Part shown: positions 37,468 to 40,947 of the stretch, one piece after another
Numbering within the stretch: the stretch's first letter is position 1
How the letters are laid out: each line of letters begins with the position of its first letter
Assembly: GCA_041746575.1 (NCBI GenBank)
Contig: JBGTGT010000117.1
Coordinates: 1-40,947, forward strand
Reading direction: 5' to 3'
DNA from: Microcystaceae cyanobacterium
Lineage (GTDB): Bacteria > Cyanobacteriota > Cyanobacteriia > Cyanobacteriales > Microcystaceae
DNA: 40,947 nt
Translations under genes and position numbers: made by a program
Notes under the pieces: model-generated
Seen by the model: the letters and a program-made list of their open reading frames with translations, nothing else
Databases searched by the model: none
Told to the model about the DNA's origin: nothing

Positions 37468-38730
37468 ATGAAATCTGATTATAGATTGATAGCCATAGCG
37501 ATTGTTGTTATTTTATTAATTACCCTACCAGAAAAAGCACAGATTCATTCTGAGGATTTAGCCAAGATCAATCCGTCTATTTTTCAAGCCCAAAATACTT
37601 CAATCTCAAATACGAGTACAGAAGCTCTTCATTTCGGTTATACAAGAAATCTTTATCCTGTGAGTTCTTATACTAACGAACCTATCAAAGAATTAGATGG
37701 CTATTGTGGGGATTTGTTTAAGCATCTTAAGGCTGAAAAATTTAATGTTGAACCGATAGAAGTTTCTCTAACTGAGCGGTTTAAAAGCGTAGTGAATGGG
37801 AAAAAATTAGCAGTCGTTTGTGGGGCTAATACGATTACCTCCGAAAGAATTAAACAAGTTAACTCTCAGGGTGGCACTTTTTCTGAACCTTTTTTCTCGA
37901 CAGGAGCTAAGCTATTAATGAAAAAGAAAAATATTCATTATTTTTATCCTAGAAGTCCCTATGAAGAATTACCATTACAAAGTCAAAAAATAGGTGTGAT
38001 CAAAAATACGACAACGATTGAAGCAATACAAACTATATTTCGTACACGGTGTTTGAAGATAACAAAAGACTGTCCATCATCGGAGATAACAAAAGGATGG
38101 AATCCACCGGTTTTGCAAGGATTTGATGACAGAACTCAAGCCTTTGAAGCACTACAGAATGATCAAATCATTGCCTATGCCAGTGACGAACTTTACCTAA
38201 AAGGAATCTTACGCTATAAAAAGCAAAGCGGTGAATATTTACTAGGAAATCCTCAAGAATATATCATTGTACCCCATCACCTTTTAACTCATGAAAACAT
38301 AGCCTTAATTATTTATAATCAAGACTTAGTATTCCCCATTAATAGCTGGATTAAAAATGAAGGTATAAAATCCAAAAAATATTTAGAGAAAACCGTTAAT
38401 GGTAACTTGTTCAGTCAAGTTTCAAATTATCTTTATCAAGAAAATTCACTCTTTAGCTATCTCCAAAATTCAGTTTTATTATTAATCCCTTTAAGCATAA
38501 TTTTATTTAAAAATTTGATGAAATTTTTATGGAAAAGTGAGAAAATCAATCTTTCTATTTGGAATTTACTCATTAAACAAAGACAACCTTCTAAAAATAA
38601 TACCTTAGAAACTTCTAACAGTATAATTATTAACTTTTCTCCCGTTAACCATAACGAAAATACGAATCAAAGTCATTCTGGAAAGGGCGATAATGTCGGT
38701 GAGGATAAAAATACTACCAATGACAAATGA
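37468..38730 (+). CDS. Family-3 (amino-acid) solute-binding domain protein with a C-terminal TM helix and N/Q-rich tail
   Basis: GYCGDL, VCGANTITSER, FSEPFF, IGVIKNTTT and AYASDE. TM LLLIPLSIILF. Tail NTNQSHSGKGDNVG. Confidence 0.8.
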   Translation: MKSDYRLIAIAIVVILLITLPEKAQIHSEDLAKINPSIFQAQNTSISNTSTEALHFGYTRNLYPVSSYTNEPIKELDGYCGDLFKHLKAEKFNVEPIEVSLTERFKSVVNGKKLAVVCGANTITSERIKQVNSQGGTFSEPFFSTGAKLLMKKKNIHYFYPRSPYEELPLQSQKIGVIKNTTTIEAIQTIFRTRCLKITKDCPSSEITKGWNPPVLQGFDDRTQAFEALQNDQIIAYASDELYLKGILRYKKQSGEYLLGNPQEYIIVPHHLLTHENIALIIYNQDLVFPINSWIKNEGIKSKKYLEKTVNGNLFSQVSNYLYQENSLFSYLQNSVLLLIPLSIILFKNLMKFLWKSEKINLSIWNLLIKQRQPSKNNTLETSNSIIINFSPVNHNENTNQSHSGKGDNVGEDKNTTNDK

Positions 38731-39071
38731 CACAATTCACTAAAATGAACAAAAGATGGATGAACAAATTCTGCCGAACTCAAATAATCACCTTGAAAGA
38801 CAGGAGATATTAATTTAGTAAGGGCTTTCAGCATTGGGATTATCTTCTCCCTTGATCATGGTAGATTAAACTGATCTCATCCTCAACATTAAGAATTATG
38901 ACACTTAAACAACATGAAAGTTGCTAAACCCTAGACGTCGTAACCTCTTCACCCGATTTGCTGCAATGTAACGATATTTGAGCAGTCCCTCATCAGCGGG
39001 CAATAACTTTGAGACAATGAAACCTTAGAACTTATCGTCATCCTTATCATTCCAACCATCAGGAGAACTCT

Positions 39072-40598
39072 ATGAAATTAGCTTACTGGATGTATGCGGG
39101 ACCTGCACATATTGGAACGCTCAGAATTGCTAGTTCCTTTAAGAATGTCCACGCTATCATGCACGCACCGTTAGGAGATGATTATTTTAACGTCATGCGG
39201 TCTATGTTGGAACGAGAACGGGATTTTACGCCAGTGACTGCGAGTATTGTAGATCGAAATGTCCTCGCCAGAGGCTCACAAGAAAAGGTCGTAGATAATA
39301 TTGTACGGAAAGATAGCGAAGAAAACCCCGATTTAATCGTTTTAACTCCCACTTGTACCTCTAGTATCTTACAGGAAGATTTGCAAAATTTTGTTAATCG
39401 TGCGCAAATGGATGCTAAAGGGGATGTCATGTTAGCAGATGTCAATCACTATCGCTTTAATGAGCTACAAGCCGCAGATCGAACTCTTCACCAAGTTGTT
39501 CAGTTTTATCTCGAAAAAGCACGCAAAAAAGGCGAATTGCCTCAAAGTAAAACCGAAAAACCTTCGGTTAACCTCATTGGGATGACCACTTTAGGCTTCC
39601 ATAACCAACATGATTGCACAGAACTCAAACGCTTAATGGCGGATTTAGGCATTGAAGTAAATGAAGTAATTCCTGAAGGCGCATCCGTTCATAACTTAAA
39701 GAATTTAGCAAAAGCGTGGTTTAATCTTCTTCCTTATCGAGAAATCGGACTTAAAACAGCACAATATCTTGAATCCGAATTTGCTTTGCCTTATGTGGAT
39801 ATTACTCCGATGGGTGTAGTTGAAACCGCGCGCTGTATCCGTAAGATTCAACAACTATTGAATGAGCAAGGCGCAAACGTGAACTATGAAGACTATATCA
39901 ACGAACAAACTTTATATGTGTCTCAGGCGGCATGGTTTTCTCGTTCGATTGACTGTCAGAACTTAACAGGCAAAAAAGCAGTGGTTTTTGGAGATAACAC
40001 CCATGCTGCTGCCCTGACGAAAATTCTAGCACGGGAAATGGGAATTCATGTTGTCTTAGCGGGGACTTATTGCAAATATGATGCAGATTGGTTTAAAGAA
40101 CAAGTCAGTGAATATTGTGATGAGGTGCTGATCAGTGACGATAATGGAGAGATTGGCGATGCCATTGCCAGAATTGAACCCTCTGCTATTTTTGGTACAC
40201 AAATGGAGCGTCATGTTGGGAAGCGGTTAGACATTCCCTGTGGTGTTATTGCCTCTCCCATTCATATTCAAAACTTCCCGATTGGATATAAACCGTTTTG
40301 TGGCTATGAAGGAACCAACCAAATTACCGATTTGATCTATAATTCCTTTACGTTAGGGATGGAAGATCACTTATTAGAAATCTTTGGCGGCCATGATACC
40401 AAAGAAGTGATTACCAAGGGAATTTCGGCGAATTCTGATTTGAATTGGCATAAAGAAGCACAAACAGAATTAAATAAAGTTCCCGGTTTTGTGCGCGGCA
40501 AAGTGAAGCGAAATACCGAAAAATTCGCACGGGAAAGAGGGTTAACAGAAATTACCCTTGAGGTGATGTATGCGGCAAAAGAGGCTGTCGGTGCCTAA
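39072..40598 (+). CDS. chlB: Light-independent protochlorophyllide reductase subunit B
   Basis: [27 protein letters not shown] and C-terminal [23 protein letters not shown]. Confidence 0.98.
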   Translation: MKLAYWMYAGPAHIGTLRIASSFKNVHAIMHAPLGDDYFNVMRSMLERERDFTPVTASIVDRNVLARGSQEKVVDNIVRKDSEENPDLIVLTPTCTSSILQEDLQNFVNRAQMDAKGDVMLADVNHYRFNELQAADRTLHQVVQFYLEKARKKGELPQSKTEKPSVNLIGMTTLGFHNQHDCTELKRLMADLGIEVNEVIPEGASVHNLKNLAKAWFNLLPYREIGLKTAQYLESEFALPYVDITPMGVVETARCIRKIQQLLNEQGANVNYEDYINEQTLYVSQAAWFSRSIDCQNLTGKKAVVFGDNTHAAALTKILAREMGIHVVLAGTYCKYDADWFKEQVSEYCDEVLISDDNGEIGDAIARIEPSAIFGTQMERHVGKRLDIPCGVIASPIHIQNFPIGYKPFCGYEGTNQITDLIYNSFTLGMEDHLLEIFGGHDTKEVITKGISANSDLNWHKEAQTELNKVPGFVRGKVKRNTEKFARERGLTEITLEVMYAAKEAVGA

Positions 40599-40628
40599 TT
40601 AATTAACCTTGTTACAATTTAACCATTC

Positions 40629-40711
40629 GTGGGGGGCATAATACTATTATGCCCTTTAATTTTTGCGATTAACGTTTGTATCATCTAATCTGAGGGTTTA
40701 ACAACCCCTAC
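40629..40711. repeat. REP-like hairpin pair, possible chlB terminator
   Basis: GGGCATAATA-C-TATTATGCCC (40634-40654) preceded by GTGG. An inverted ...AACCCCTAC ends at 40711. Confidence 0.55.
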
Positions 40712-40894
40712 CATCCCTTAAAAGTTGGTAGAGTTAAATATGTAGTGATAAAAAATATTAGTTAGCTAGAGTTTCATTGTAATAATGAATAAAGTTCCAG
40801 ATAGCACCGATGTGATTTTCTAACTTCTTAGAAAAAGATAAGGCTTTTCTAACAAGCCTTTAAATCCGTTGTCTTAAGGTATTATTAAGCCTTT

Positions 40895-40945
40895 CTATCT
40901 GATTCGTTTGTCCACTTGATTTGCCAACAGCTCGATGTCTTTTTT
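40895..40945 (-). CDS. Possible 3' end of a gene entering from the right edge (...QKDIELLANQVDKRIR*)
   Basis: Open minus-strand frame from the edge to TAG at 40897-40895. Too short to identify. Confidence 0.3.
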   Translation of the reverse strand, partial: KKDIELLANQVDKRIR

Positions 40946-40947
40946 GA

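Noticed and set aside
38731..39071. sRNA or small ORF upstream of chlB
   Set aside because: Only ORFs under 30 codons and no clear conserved structure.
1..40947. tRNA/rRNA genes, transposases, integrases, additional cas genes
   Set aside because: None recognised in any frame or intergenic region.

Overview
Cyanobacterial chromosomal window: at least 14 HIP1 GCGATCGC sites, plus sasA, chlB, cyAbrB2 and an SLH-porin. The host is probably a unicellular Chroococcales strain (inference). Most of it is housekeeping and transport genes: cbiB, Rrf2/cyAbrB2, a CDF exporter, pstS, arsR, porin, guaD, tsaC, GH57 branching and debranching enzymes, futB, TRAP dctQM, an RND pump, hisA and chlB. The main accessory feature is a ~2 kb AT-rich cassette (18992-21030): a 3-repeat/2-spacer CRISPR mini-array fused directly into a type I-C-like cas3. 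That cas3 has lost the N-terminal HD motif but keeps an uninterrupted helicase, and no other cas gene is in the window. Other signals: two unrelated membrane proteins ~38 kb apart end in the same N/Q-rich NQSHSGKGD motif; a 32-bp direct repeat has CRISPR-like geometry (13823-13925); a small protein carries a triple RK-x2-(I/V)-x2-H motif; several REP/MITE-like elements; a perfect NtcA box before guaD; and an unannotated 47-aa membrane protein. All product calls come from motif recognition, not database searches.
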